This document shows positions 1 to 8,756 of a stretch of 64,000 nt of DNA, one piece after another. The position numbers were made by a program, and so were the translations under genes. The notes beneath the pieces were generated by a model that was not told where the DNA came from, made no database searches, and worked only from the letters and a program-made list of their open reading frames with translations. Each line of letters opens with the position of its first letter. Position 1 is the stretch's first letter. The stretch is taken from contig CALIBN010000007.1 in NCBI GenBank assembly GCA_938045545.1, positions 88,421 through 152,420 of the forward strand, in the 5' to 3' direction. This DNA is from an uncultured archaeon (GTDB taxonomy: Archaea; Thermoproteota; EX4484-205; JAAOZP01).

Positions 1-852
1 CCTTCTGAGAGCCTCGATTATCAGAGGAGCGGTTTCCTCCCCCGACTCCACCTTGATCCTGTAGGAACCATTCTCGTTTCTAACCTCCTTAACGTTTTCA
101 ACGCTGCGAATTATGCTACTGATGTCAACATCCTCCTTTATGCTTATCGTAATGATGTCGCCGCCTAAACTATGCTTCAATTCTTCGGGGTCTCCGGTTA
201 TGATGATTTTCCCATAGTCGATTATTGCTATACGGTCGCAAAGGGTGTCAGCCTCCTCCAAGTAGTGCGTCGTCATGAAAATAGTCATGTCATATTCCTC
301 TTTCAAACGCTTAATGTAGTTCCATGTTGCAGCCCTGGTTTGGACATCTAGACCTAGCGTCGGCTCGTCTAGGAAAAGAACCCTCGGCCGGTTTATCAGG
401 CCACTTGCGAGCTCGAGTCTTCGCCTCATCCCCCCGGAATAGGTTTCAACCTTCTTATCTTTGAAGCTGGTGAGTTCAACGAGCTCCAGCAGCTCAACAG
501 CCCTCTTCTTCGAGACTTCGCGTGGAATGCCGTAGAGGTCTGCACATAGAATGATGTTCTCGTAGCCTGTTAAATCCTCGTCTGCCGTGTACTCTTGTGG
601 AACAACGCCTATAACCTTCCTAACCTCGTTAGCCTGCTTCACAACGTCGTATCCTAGAATGGAGGCTGTACCTTCTGTCGGCCTTAAAACAGTTATCAGC
701 ATATTTATGGTGGTTGTCTTACCGGCGCCATTGGGACCGAGGAAACCGAAGATTTCACCGTGTTTAACGCTGAAGCTCACATGGTCGACTGCAACCAGAT
801 TCTTGTTGAAAACCTTAGTAAGGCCTGTAGCAACTATGACTTCCTTAGACAC
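1..852 (-). CDS. DrrA-type ABC exporter ATP-binding subunit (runs off the window start)
   Basis: Not in the ORF track; read manually from GTG at 852: [47 protein letters not shown] (Walker A), then YSGGMRRRLE signature and LFLDEPTLGLD Walker B. Directly downstream of padR. Confidence 0.9.
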   Translation of the reverse strand, partial: MSKEVIVATGLTKVFNKNLVAVDHVSFSVKHGEIFGFLGPNGAGKTTTINMLITVLRPTEGTASILGYDVVKQANEVRKVIGVVPQEYTADEDLTGYENIILCADLYGIPREVSKKRAVELLELVELTSFKDKKVETYSGGMRRRLELASGLINRPRVLFLDEPTLGLDVQTRAATWNYIKRLKEEYDMTIFMTTHYLEEADTLCDRIAIIDYGKIIITGDPEELKHSLGGDIITISIKEDVDISSIIRSVENVKEVRNENGSYRIKVESGEETAPLIIEALRR

Positions 853-859
853 TCTGAAT

Positions 860-1396
860 CTACCCCCTAATCCTCTTGTTTAACTCTTCTATTTTTCCTG
901 CAGCTTCCTCAAGCACCCTGACTACTTCTGCAAGATCCTCCTTAGTCGCCCTGCCTCTTGAAAGAATCATGAATTCCCTGAAGGCGGAGAAAAGACGTTT
1001 AATAGGATCGTGAAGCCCCCCAAGTCTATCCTCTGGAAACCTGCCGACGAAAGGAGGCGGTGGAAGTAGGAGAGGGAAGGAAACCATTCTTTCGACGAGC
1101 CTTTCCCTTATCTTACCCTTCTCCTCAAGGAGTTTTCTACCCTTGTCAGTCAACTCGTAGCGTTTAACCCCTGTCTCATCCCTTGGAAGAGCCTTTATGA
1201 ACCCTTTTTCATGCAGCCATGTGAGCAGGGGGTAGATTGAGCCTGGGCTCGGTCTCCAAGCCCCGTGGCTTTCCTCCTCAATCCTATCCATTATTTCAGA
1301 GCCGGACATGGGCTTCTCACTCAGCTTTTCTAGAACCAAGTATCTTAGAAGACCCTTTGGCGCGTAAGCCATATGCCTCATCCAGTGCCTAAACAT
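860..1396 (-). CDS. PadR-family transcriptional regulator
   Basis: WRPSPGSIYPLL...KRYELTDKG winged-helix motif; heads a drug-exporter ABC operon. Confidence 0.9.
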   Translation of the reverse strand: MFRHWMRHMAYAPKGLLRYLVLEKLSEKPMSGSEIMDRIEEESHGAWRPSPGSIYPLLTWLHEKGFIKALPRDETGVKRYELTDKGRKLLEEKGKIRERLVERMVSFPLLLPPPPFVGRFPEDRLGGLHDPIKRLFSAFREFMILSRGRATKEDLAEVVRVLEEAAGKIEELNKRIRG

Positions 1397-1403
1397 GTCG
1401 CTG

Positions 1404-1432
1404 TCGATATCGATAACGATATATAAACTTTA
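1404..1432 (-). promoter_or_regulatory. padR promoter (BRE/TATA) with palindromic candidate operator
   Basis: Minus strand AAAGTTTATATA about 25-30 nt before the padR ATG. Perfect palindrome TCGATATCGA at 1404-1413 inside three CGATAW units. Confidence 0.55.
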
Positions 1433-1503
1433 CTGTTCTCCAAATTTATTTCTTACGAGTAGGCTCACGCTAAAGATATAAACCCTTAAAACAAATAGTC
1501 GCC

Positions 1504-2766
1504 ATGCTAGTTAAGATACCTTTCGGAAAGGGCTTTGAAGAGTGTGAGATTGAGGATTCCAGGATCCATGCTCATCTCGAGCCATCTTGGCCCACGCCTG
1601 GTAACCCTGATTTTTTCATTGAAAACGCTTTATCGAATCCGATAGGGTCTAAAAGCCTTGATGAGCTTGCCGAGAGTGCGGGCAGGATACTAATTATTAC
1701 TAGTGATAACACTAGGCCCGTCCCGAGTAAAACTACTCTTCCAAGGCTTATCTCAAAAATGAAGAAGGCGTCGCCACAGGCTTCTATACGGCTGCTAGTG
1801 GCTACCGGGCTACACGAATGGTCTCCCAGTGGAAGCGAGTTGAAAGAGAAGTTCGGTCAGGCGCTGGACTATTTAGATGAGTTTGTTATTCACTCGGCTA
1901 AAAACGTTGGTTCGCTGGTTAACCTCGGCTCGTTGTCAACCGGCAACAGGCTTTACGTAAACACTCTTTTAAAAGAGGCCGACCTAGTGGTTTCTGAGGG
2001 ATATATTGAGGGCCACTTCTTCGCAGGCTTCACCGGGGGGCCGAAGAGTGTTCTCCCCGGCGTTTCAGGGGTTGAGACCATAATGAACAATCACTCTCCG
2101 AGAAACATTGATCATCCGAACGCCAGGTGCGGTGTTGCTGAGGGAAACCCTATATACGAGGAGATGCTGGAGGCAGCAAACATGGCAAGACTCCGCTTCA
2201 TTCTGAACGTCGTGTTAGACGGTAGGAAGCGGATGCTTTCAGCCTTCGCAGGAGACCCGATTGAAGCGCATAGAAGTGGCCGTGTCTTCACTTTAAAATA
2301 CTGCGGTGTGAAGCCAGTCCCAGGGGATATAGTAATAACTTCAAACGGCGGTTATCCTCTAGACCGAAACCTCTACCAGCTTGTTAAAGGTATTTCAAAC
2401 GGTGCCCTGACGGCTAGGGAGGACGGTGTAATCGTGGCGTGCGGCGAATGCGTAGACGGGGTTGGGCACCAAGGGTTCTACGAGATGCTTGCCTCCTCAA
2501 GCAGCCCAGGCGAGTTTCTAAGGAGACTTAGGTCTGGAGAAATATGGAGGGAGGCGCAATGGGAGGCCCAGGTTTTGGCGAGAGTCTTAGAGAAGTTTCG
2601 CGTGATAGTTGTCTCAAGAGGCGTGGATTCGAAAACAGTTGAATCCATGCATATGATGCATGCGAAAAGCCTGAAGGAGGGTTTGGAAATCGCTCTTAGC
2701 CTCAAGCCTCTGGGGAGGATAACTCTTCTCCCCGACGGCCCTTCCACAATACCTCTTCCACAATAA
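1504..2766 (+). CDS. larA: Nickel-pincer (NPN)-dependent lactate racemase / alpha-hydroxyacid epimerase, LarA family
   Basis: SDNTRP, ATGLH, HFFAGFTGGPKS, NNH, GGYPLDRNLYQLVKG: the LarA catalytic and cofactor-binding motifs are all present. Confidence 0.9.
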   Translation: MLVKIPFGKGFEECEIEDSRIHAHLEPSWPTPGNPDFFIENALSNPIGSKSLDELAESAGRILIITSDNTRPVPSKTTLPRLISKMKKASPQASIRLLVATGLHEWSPSGSELKEKFGQALDYLDEFVIHSAKNVGSLVNLGSLSTGNRLYVNTLLKEADLVVSEGYIEGHFFAGFTGGPKSVLPGVSGVETIMNNHSPRNIDHPNARCGVAEGNPIYEEMLEAANMARLRFILNVVLDGRKRMLSAFAGDPIEAHRSGRVFTLKYCGVKPVPGDIVITSNGGYPLDRNLYQLVKGISNGALTAREDGVIVACGECVDGVGHQGFYEMLASSSSPGEFLRRLRSGEIWREAQWEAQVLARVLEKFRVIVVSRGVDSKTVESMHMMHAKSLKEGLEIALSLKPLGRITLLPDGPSTIPLPQ

Positions 2767-2807
2767 GCGGTTAGCAGCATACTGTCTATGCGGATTATCT
2801 GCCTACA

Positions 2808-3431
2808 TTACCATCTGGTGAATTCAACCGTCTTATCTCTCTTAGGCGGGATGCCGGATGTGTGCACAAGATACCGGATCTGTGAGGAAGCCTCGATCAT
2901 ACAGGTGACGTGGTAAGCCTCTTCCAGGAGCTTAGCCGCGGCGAATGTTCCGTGACCCCTCACCACAACCCCCTTATAGTGTTTAAGCGCCTCCGAAACC
3001 TTTTCCTCAAGCTCCTTGGAGCCGCTCACTTCTTTAACAACAAGCACAGGTACTTTTCTAAGCACGTAGTCTCCCTCGGCATCCATCGGAATTATCTCGT
3101 CGAAAATCAGTGAGCAGACTATCGAGTAGGGTGGGTGAGCATGTACAACGGCCAGTGCTGAAGTATTAAGATATATGGCCCTGTGAACCATGGTTTCAGA
3201 AGAGCTTAATAGTATGGAACTATCCTCCTCGAAAAGGTCTACTTCAACAATGTCCTCAGGCCCTATCTCGTCGGCAGCCGCACCCCTCCTTTTAATATAC
3301 ATCTTATCGCCAACCCTAACGCTTATGTTTCCGCTATGGCTAACCATGTAGCCTTTGTCGAAAAGCTTCTTGCCATACTTGCTTATCTCCTTCCAAACCT
3401 CGCTTACACCACTAATGTTCAATTCTCTCAA
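2808..3431 (-). CDS. Class II aldolase/adducin family (L-fuculose-1-phosphate aldolase-like)
   Basis: SGNISVR, SSETMVHRAIY, VVHAHPPY, RGHGTFA Zn-binding motifs. Confidence 0.88.
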   Translation of the reverse strand: MRELNISGVSEVWKEISKYGKKLFDKGYMVSHSGNISVRVGDKMYIKRRGAAADEIGPEDIVEVDLFEEDSSILLSSSETMVHRAIYLNTSALAVVHAHPPYSIVCSLIFDEIIPMDAEGDYVLRKVPVLVVKEVSGSKELEEKVSEALKHYKGVVVRGHGTFAAAKLLEEAYHVTCMIEASSQIRYLVHTSGIPPKRDKTVEFTRW

Positions 3432-3529
3432 TTTTCCTTCTCATTAAAAGTAATATTTAAAGACTCTGGGCGTTATTACGCAACTCTTTCCCCATCTTGT
3501 TTGCAATAATCTGCCTGAGCTAGTCTTAC

Positions 3530-3780
3530 TCCTCCTCGATAAAGATGAGGAGTTCGCTATGCTGGGAGACTAGGGTTATCTGAAATCTTAAAGAGGCTTG
3601 ATAGGCTTGAAAAACTAGGTTAGGCCGTGGGAGGATCAGAATAAGCTTTGGGAAGAGGTTAGGAGCATAAGGAGCGAGATCCGATACATGAGAGCCGAGT
3701 TAAGAGCTTCGGAAGAGCTGTTGGAAGGACTTTACAACGGCATTCGTGGAAATCATCCTGGAAGAGAGGGTTACGCTAGG
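3530..3780 (+). pseudogene. Relic of an archaeal heptad-repeat coiled-coil / PD-(D/E)XK (DUF3782-type) gene
   Basis: Across frameshifts it reads LLDKDEEF / YAGRLGLSEILKRLDRLE / WEDQNKLWEEVRSIRSEIR, matching the typical N-terminus and heptads of this family as I recall it. Confidence 0.55.
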
Positions 3781-3998
3781 GCGCGCTCCAATAATCTTCA
3801 AACAGCACCAACTAAAGGTTTACACTCCCCAACTCCCATGGATTTAAGCATAGCTATTTTTTAATTTTTTAATTCACATAAAGAATCGTATACGTTGCAT
3901 TGGAAGCTCATTCATTTTTTTAAAAGAAGCTATCACCTCAGCTTCTGGAAGCAAGCTTGTTGCCCCTGTAAGCATGATTTCCAGTTTAACCCTTCTGT

Positions 3999-5777
3999 CT
4001 AACCATCCAAGTCCAATTTCTCAATTGTTCTCCTAGTTGGGCGCCCCTCATTATCCCATCCTCTTGCCCTATAATACTCGTTAAGCATTAGGTCGAGCTC
4101 AACAACCTGCCCCTTTGTTGGTCCATCAGCCAATGGCTCGCTTAGAAGCCTCTTAGGAAGAGTATCATCCCTCCTGCTAAACCCCTCTCTTATGTTGAAA
4201 AGCCTCTCGAGGTTCCATATTCTCTCGCCTACGAGCATGAGGTCTTCAGCCGTATACTTTACGCCGGTTGCAGCTGAAAGCATCCTTGAGTAGTATTCTT
4301 CGTCAAGCCCGTATCCTGTGAACCTGCATGCTACGAGCGTATCCATGGCTGCGTAAAGGTTCTGCTGGTATATCACTAGGCCGGCCTTGTTGACCGTCGA
4401 AAACCTGTCTATCCTCTTCGGAACCCCAAGTATTTCCAAGCCTATCATATACGACCTTAGGTGGCAGCCTCCCCTGTTGCTTGTGGCGTATGCTAGCCCC
4501 TGCCCCTTCGCTCCCCGGGGGTCGTAGGCGGGCAGCTCCAAGCCTTTAACATGCATGGCTGCATCTGGATCCCCGTATTTCTCAGCGAGCCTACGCGAGC
4601 CCTCTGCAAGATCGTTTCCGAAGCCCTTCCTGTAAGCGGTTTCCTCAATCAGCTCCATGATTTTATCCCCGTCGCCCCACTTTACTTCCTCAGGCGTCAA
4701 ACCCTTCTCGCTAAGCTCCATCGCGCAGGCTATCGTAACGCCTGTTGAAATAGTGTCCAGCCCAAGGTCGTTGCACAAATTGTTTGCCCTCCAAATCGTC
4801 TCAAGGTCCCAAAGCAGGCAGCAGGAGCCAAGTGAGAAGACTGTCTCATACTCCGGCCCCTCGCCCTCAGCACTGTCTAGACGAGTCCTCCTGCCGCACG
4901 AGATCCCGCATCCGAAGCATGCCTTAGGTTTAACAAGCAGCCTCCTGGTTATCTCCTCTCCAGCAATATTCCTTGCCTCAGGCACGAAAGTTGCCTGGAA
5001 GTTTTTAGCCGGCAGCACGCCAAGCTCGTTCATAAGATTTACTAAAACAGCCGTCCCAAACCTGGGTAGGGCTTTACTCGTAATAGGGTTCTGGCCGAAA
5101 ACCCTGTTGCATTCTCTGACTACGAAGAGAAAATTCTCCTTGTCGGCGATTTCAACTGTCTTGCTTCCTTTTGCGACGATTGCTTTCAGCTTCTTCGAAC
5201 CCATTACTGCGCCGACCCCGCCTCTCGCAGCAGCCCTGTAGTAGTCGTTCATTATTCCCGCTATTCTCACAAGGTTTTCCCCCGCAGGGCCTATGCACGC
5301 TACCCTGGCTTCCTTCCCGAACTTTTCAGTCAACATGCTCGTGGCTTCAAACACTCTCATACCCCAGTATTTTTCACCGTCTAGAACCTGAATATCCTTA
5401 TCATCCATGTATATTATCACCGGGTTTTGAGCTGCTCCCCGGATTACGAGCACATCGATGCCGCATGCTTTGAACCTGGTTGCGAAAAATCCTCCCGAGT
5501 TTGCGTCGAATATCGTGCCTGTCAACGGGGATTTGGTTGACACGGAGAACCTGCCTGAAGTCGGCGCAGCCGTTGCCGTAAGCGGGCCGACTGCGAAAAC
5601 CAGCACGTTATTCTTGCTTAAAGGGTCAACTTCAGGGCCAACGTTGTCGTAGACGATTTTAGCTCCTATTCCTCTTCCACCGATAAACCTGAGCTTCTCA
5701 TCCTCATTCCACGTGCGAAAAGTTATCTTTGAACTAGACAGGTCTACCTCGGCGATTGATCCCATCCAGCCTGCCAT
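3999..5777 (-). CDS. aor: Aldehyde:ferredoxin oxidoreductase (W/Mo-pterin AOR family)
   Basis: KSPLTG, IGPAGENLV, RGGVGAVMGSKKLKA, CFGCGISC, GPEYET, GLDTISTG, YATSNRGGCHL. Confidence 0.95.
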   Translation of the reverse strand: MAGWMGSIAEVDLSSSKITFRTWNEDEKLRFIGGRGIGAKIVYDNVGPEVDPLSKNNVLVFAVGPLTATAAPTSGRFSVSTKSPLTGTIFDANSGGFFATRFKACGIDVLVIRGAAQNPVIIYMDDKDIQVLDGEKYWGMRVFEATSMLTEKFGKEARVACIGPAGENLVRIAGIMNDYYRAAARGGVGAVMGSKKLKAIVAKGSKTVEIADKENFLFVVRECNRVFGQNPITSKALPRFGTAVLVNLMNELGVLPAKNFQATFVPEARNIAGEEITRRLLVKPKACFGCGISCGRRTRLDSAEGEGPEYETVFSLGSCCLLWDLETIWRANNLCNDLGLDTISTGVTIACAMELSEKGLTPEEVKWGDGDKIMELIEETAYRKGFGNDLAEGSRRLAEKYGDPDAAMHVKGLELPAYDPRGAKGQGLAYATSNRGGCHLRSYMIGLEILGVPKRIDRFSTVNKAGLVIYQQNLYAAMDTLVACRFTGYGLDEEYYSRMLSAATGVKYTAEDLMLVGERIWNLERLFNIREGFSRRDDTLPKRLLSEPLADGPTKGQVVELDLMLNEYYRARGWDNEGRPTRRTIEKLDLDG

Positions 5778-5874
5778 GTTAAGTGTCGGGAAAGATGTCT
5801 TGTAAGTATTTATAAGTGTATTGTAGGAATACTCGGTAAAAACATATAAGCATGAGGAGGCTGGAAGAAACGGA

Positions 5875-6117
5875 ATGAAGATTCTGGTTAAGTATTTCGC
5901 CTCCTACAGGGAGGCTGTGGGAAAATACGAGGAGGAACTGGAGCTTACACCCGGCTCAACCGTTAAGGAGGTTCTCGAAGAGATAGTTTCGAAGCATCCT
6001 GGAGTTGAGGTTGATAAGGAGGCAATAATTGTCTTAAACCAGAAGATAGTTAGGGATAATCCGGAAGTTAAAGATGGCGATGTTCTGGCAATTTTCCCGC
6101 AGCTGGGTGGCGGGTGA
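5875..6117 (+). CDS. moaD: MoaD/ThiS/SAMP-family sulfur carrier
   Basis: 80 aa beta-grasp protein, VKYFASYRE...DGDVLAIFPQLGGG with C-terminal diglycine; divergent from aor. Confidence 0.85.
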   Translation: MKILVKYFASYREAVGKYEEELELTPGSTVKEVLEEIVSKHPGVEVDKEAIIVLNQKIVRDNPEVKDGDVLAIFPQLGGG

Positions 6118-6210
6118 CAGTTAAGCCTGTTGACGGATGTTAGCCGGAATAAGCCTCGTGTTTCTATGGAAAGTAAAGTTAAAAAGTGACTGAAAAGAGT
6201 TAAGTGGGAA

Positions 6211-6996
6211 ATGAAGTTCTCAGTCCAAGAGAATCTTGTTCCCGGTGCTAATTTAGAGGAGAAGCTTAGGAAGCTTGAAAACTATGGTTATGACGGTATT
6301 GAGCTTTGGGGGAGACAGGAGCTCGGCGGGGTTCTAAAGAATGTTTTGGATGCGTTATCCACCACTAGCGTTAAGGTGAGCACTATTTGTTCAGGATACT
6401 CGGGAAGCCTGCTTTCTCCAAGAAGAGAAGACAGGGAGGCGGCATTAAAAGGGATAAAGGAGAGGCTCGAGTGGGCTAATAGGCTTGGTGCGGTAGGGGT
6501 TATAACGGTACCGGTCTTTGGGGAGGCAACTGTTCCAGACCTTTCTCCTCTTTTCAAAGACAAGTTTGAACTGGAGTGGAAGCTGGCTGTAGAAGAATAC
6601 AGGATTCTTGGGAGGCATGCGAGGGATGTTGGAAGCATAGTGATTGTGGAGCCGCTTAACAGGTATGAGACTCACTTCCTCAAGACGCTTTCTCAAGCCG
6701 CCTCGCTCTGTGAAGAAGTCGGCTTAGACGAGGTGAGAATAATGGCTGACTATTTCCACATGAGTATTGAGGAGGTTGACATCGGGTCAAGCCTGAGGAA
6801 ACATCTTGAAAAGATTGTTCACGTGCACCTTGCTGACAGCAACAGGTTGACGCCAGGAAGAGGACATACTGATTTCAGTTCTTTGAGGATTCTGAGAGAA
6901 GGAGGCTATAAGCATTATCTTACCTTGGAGTGCGGCGTACCCGGCGAGCCTGATGAGGAGTTGAGAAGAACGCTAAGCTTCCTTAAATCATTCTGA
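6211..6996 (+). CDS. Sugar phosphate isomerase/epimerase (xylose-isomerase-like TIM barrel)
   Basis: EPLNRYE, DYFHM, HVHLADSNRLTPGRGH, LTLEC metal ligands. Confidence 0.9.
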   Translation: MKFSVQENLVPGANLEEKLRKLENYGYDGIELWGRQELGGVLKNVLDALSTTSVKVSTICSGYSGSLLSPRREDREAALKGIKERLEWANRLGAVGVITVPVFGEATVPDLSPLFKDKFELEWKLAVEEYRILGRHARDVGSIVIVEPLNRYETHFLKTLSQAASLCEEVGLDEVRIMADYFHMSIEEVDIGSSLRKHLEKIVHVHLADSNRLTPGRGHTDFSSLRILREGGYKHYLTLECGVPGEPDEELRRTLSFLKSF

Positions 6997-7029
6997 TAAA
7001 GTAATCCGGGTTAAGAGGTAAGACAAGAG

Positions 7030-8061
7030 TTGAAGCCTGTTGATCGCGTGCTCACTACGCTTAATCATGAGGAGCCCGACATGGTTCCCTGCCTCTGGGC
7101 TGTTGCAGACGGCCTCAAACAGCTTCAAGAAGCTTTCAGGGCCAGAGAAATGCCCCAGGATCTTGTGGGCGTAGGAAGCATTCCGGAGACAAGGGTTTTA
7201 GAGCAGGGTTCTGAACACAGGCTTTTAGAATCCGTTTTCGGAGACGTGCATCGCGTCTCTTACAAAGTGTATTATGGTTACAGGGAGTTAGTTAAGCCAG
7301 CCGTCTCAAAGCCGGAGGATCTTAATAGGCTTGAAGAACTACGGTTCGAATTATCTAGAGAAAATGTTAAGAGGATCAGGGTGAATGTTGAGAAAAACAG
7401 TGATCGCTTCACCTTCATAAGTCACGAGAGCCCTTTCGGCTTAGCAGCATACTCCTTAAGGGGTTTCAAACAGTTTCTAACAGACATAGTTGTTAACCCG
7501 GGTTTCGCCAAAAAGATTCTCAGTTTCGGAGTTAAGGTGCTTATGGAAATGTCAAGGCAAATAATAGAGGAAACAGGTGTTAATGCTGTCTGGCTTTCAG
7601 GCGACCTGGGTGATCGCAACGGCCCATTCGTGTCGCCAAACCTCTACAGGGAAATTCTAGAGCCATTTGACCGTGAGCTTTGCAGGATCTACCATAAGCT
7701 GGGGACCTATGTTTTCATCCACAGTCATGGTAATCTGAACCTTATTCTTGACAGGCTGGTTGACGCGGGGTTTGACGGCTTAAACCCTTTGGATGAGGCT
7801 GAAAACATGGTTCTCGCTTCTGTGAAGGAGAAATACGGGAGCAAGGTGACCCTAATACCTCAGCCGTCTACCTATAAATTGGAGAAGATGCCTAGAAGCC
7901 TGATAGAGAAATATGTTGCAAACCAGCTTCACGCCGGGGCTCATGGCGGAGGTTTCATATACTACGGTGTAATAGTTAACATGCCTCTTGAAAACGCTGA
8001 GGAATACGTTAAGGCTTTTTTAAAATTGAGGAGTTACCCGTTGCGGTGCTGCAGGAGGTGA
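7030..8061 (+). CDS. URO-D/MtaA (CIMS-like) superfamily protein
   Basis: RVLTTLNHEEPDMVP N-terminus, GDLGDRNGPFVSP, HSHGN, GFDGLNPL, GGGFI. Confidence 0.8.
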   Translation: MKPVDRVLTTLNHEEPDMVPCLWAVADGLKQLQEAFRAREMPQDLVGVGSIPETRVLEQGSEHRLLESVFGDVHRVSYKVYYGYRELVKPAVSKPEDLNRLEELRFELSRENVKRIRVNVEKNSDRFTFISHESPFGLAAYSLRGFKQFLTDIVVNPGFAKKILSFGVKVLMEMSRQIIEETGVNAVWLSGDLGDRNGPFVSPNLYREILEPFDRELCRIYHKLGTYVFIHSHGNLNLILDRLVDAGFDGLNPLDEAENMVLASVKEKYGSKVTLIPQPSTYKLEKMPRSLIEKYVANQLHAGAHGGGFIYYGVIVNMPLENAEEYVKAFLKLRSYPLRCCRR

Positions 8062-8162
8062 GTTGCTGTATATTGTCGTCGGTTAACGGCTCAGCCTCTG
8101 CTTTACGCATTTCTAAGCAAAAGGCTTAAAAGATTATCGTGGATTTTTGAAACGATGTCTTC

Positions 8163-8741
8163 ATGAGCATGATTGAGAAAACCATAGTCTACTTTAGCAC
8201 GCCTGGGAGGATCAATACTGAGACTGTTCTAGTTTTAGCGAGAAAGAGGGCTGAGGAGCTCGGCATAAGAAGCATCGTCGTCGCGTCTACAACGGGCGAA
8301 ACTGGAGTTAAGGCCTCGCAGCTGTTTAAGGGCTTCAACCTGGTTGTCGTAACCCATCATACGGGCTTCAAAGAGCTTGGGCAACAGGAGTTGACTGAGG
8401 AGAACCGTAGAATAATAGAGGCAAACGGCGCTAAGGTTTACACCGGGACGCATGTCTTCATGAATGTTGAGAGGGCGATAAGAAGCAAGTTTAACACCGC
8501 TTACCCTGCTGAGATAATGGCTCAGACCCTTAGGCTTTTCTGCGAGGGCATGAAGGTGGCTGTCGAGATCGCAGCAATGGCTGCTGACGCTGGCCTAATA
8601 CCTGTGGACAGGGATGTGGTGAGCATAGCTGGAACCGGTAGGGGTGCTGACACCGCTATAGTTGTCCAGCCTGCTAACTCTTCTAGGATATTCGACATGA
8701 TTATTAAAGAGATCATAGCTAAGCCTCTGAGCAAGGCATGA
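8163..8741 (+). CDS. Pyruvate-kinase C-terminal-like protein (MTH1675/COG1751 type)
   Basis: PGRINTE, VVASTTGETG, VVTHHTGF, GMKVAVEIAAMAADAG, GTGRGADTA. Confidence 0.85.
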   Translation: MSMIEKTIVYFSTPGRINTETVLVLARKRAEELGIRSIVVASTTGETGVKASQLFKGFNLVVVTHHTGFKELGQQELTEENRRIIEANGAKVYTGTHVFMNVERAIRSKFNTAYPAEIMAQTLRLFCEGMKVAVEIAAMAADAGLIPVDRDVVSIAGTGRGADTAIVVQPANSSRIFDMIIKEIIAKPLSKA

Positions 8742-8756
8742 GGAGTAAAAAGGCGG

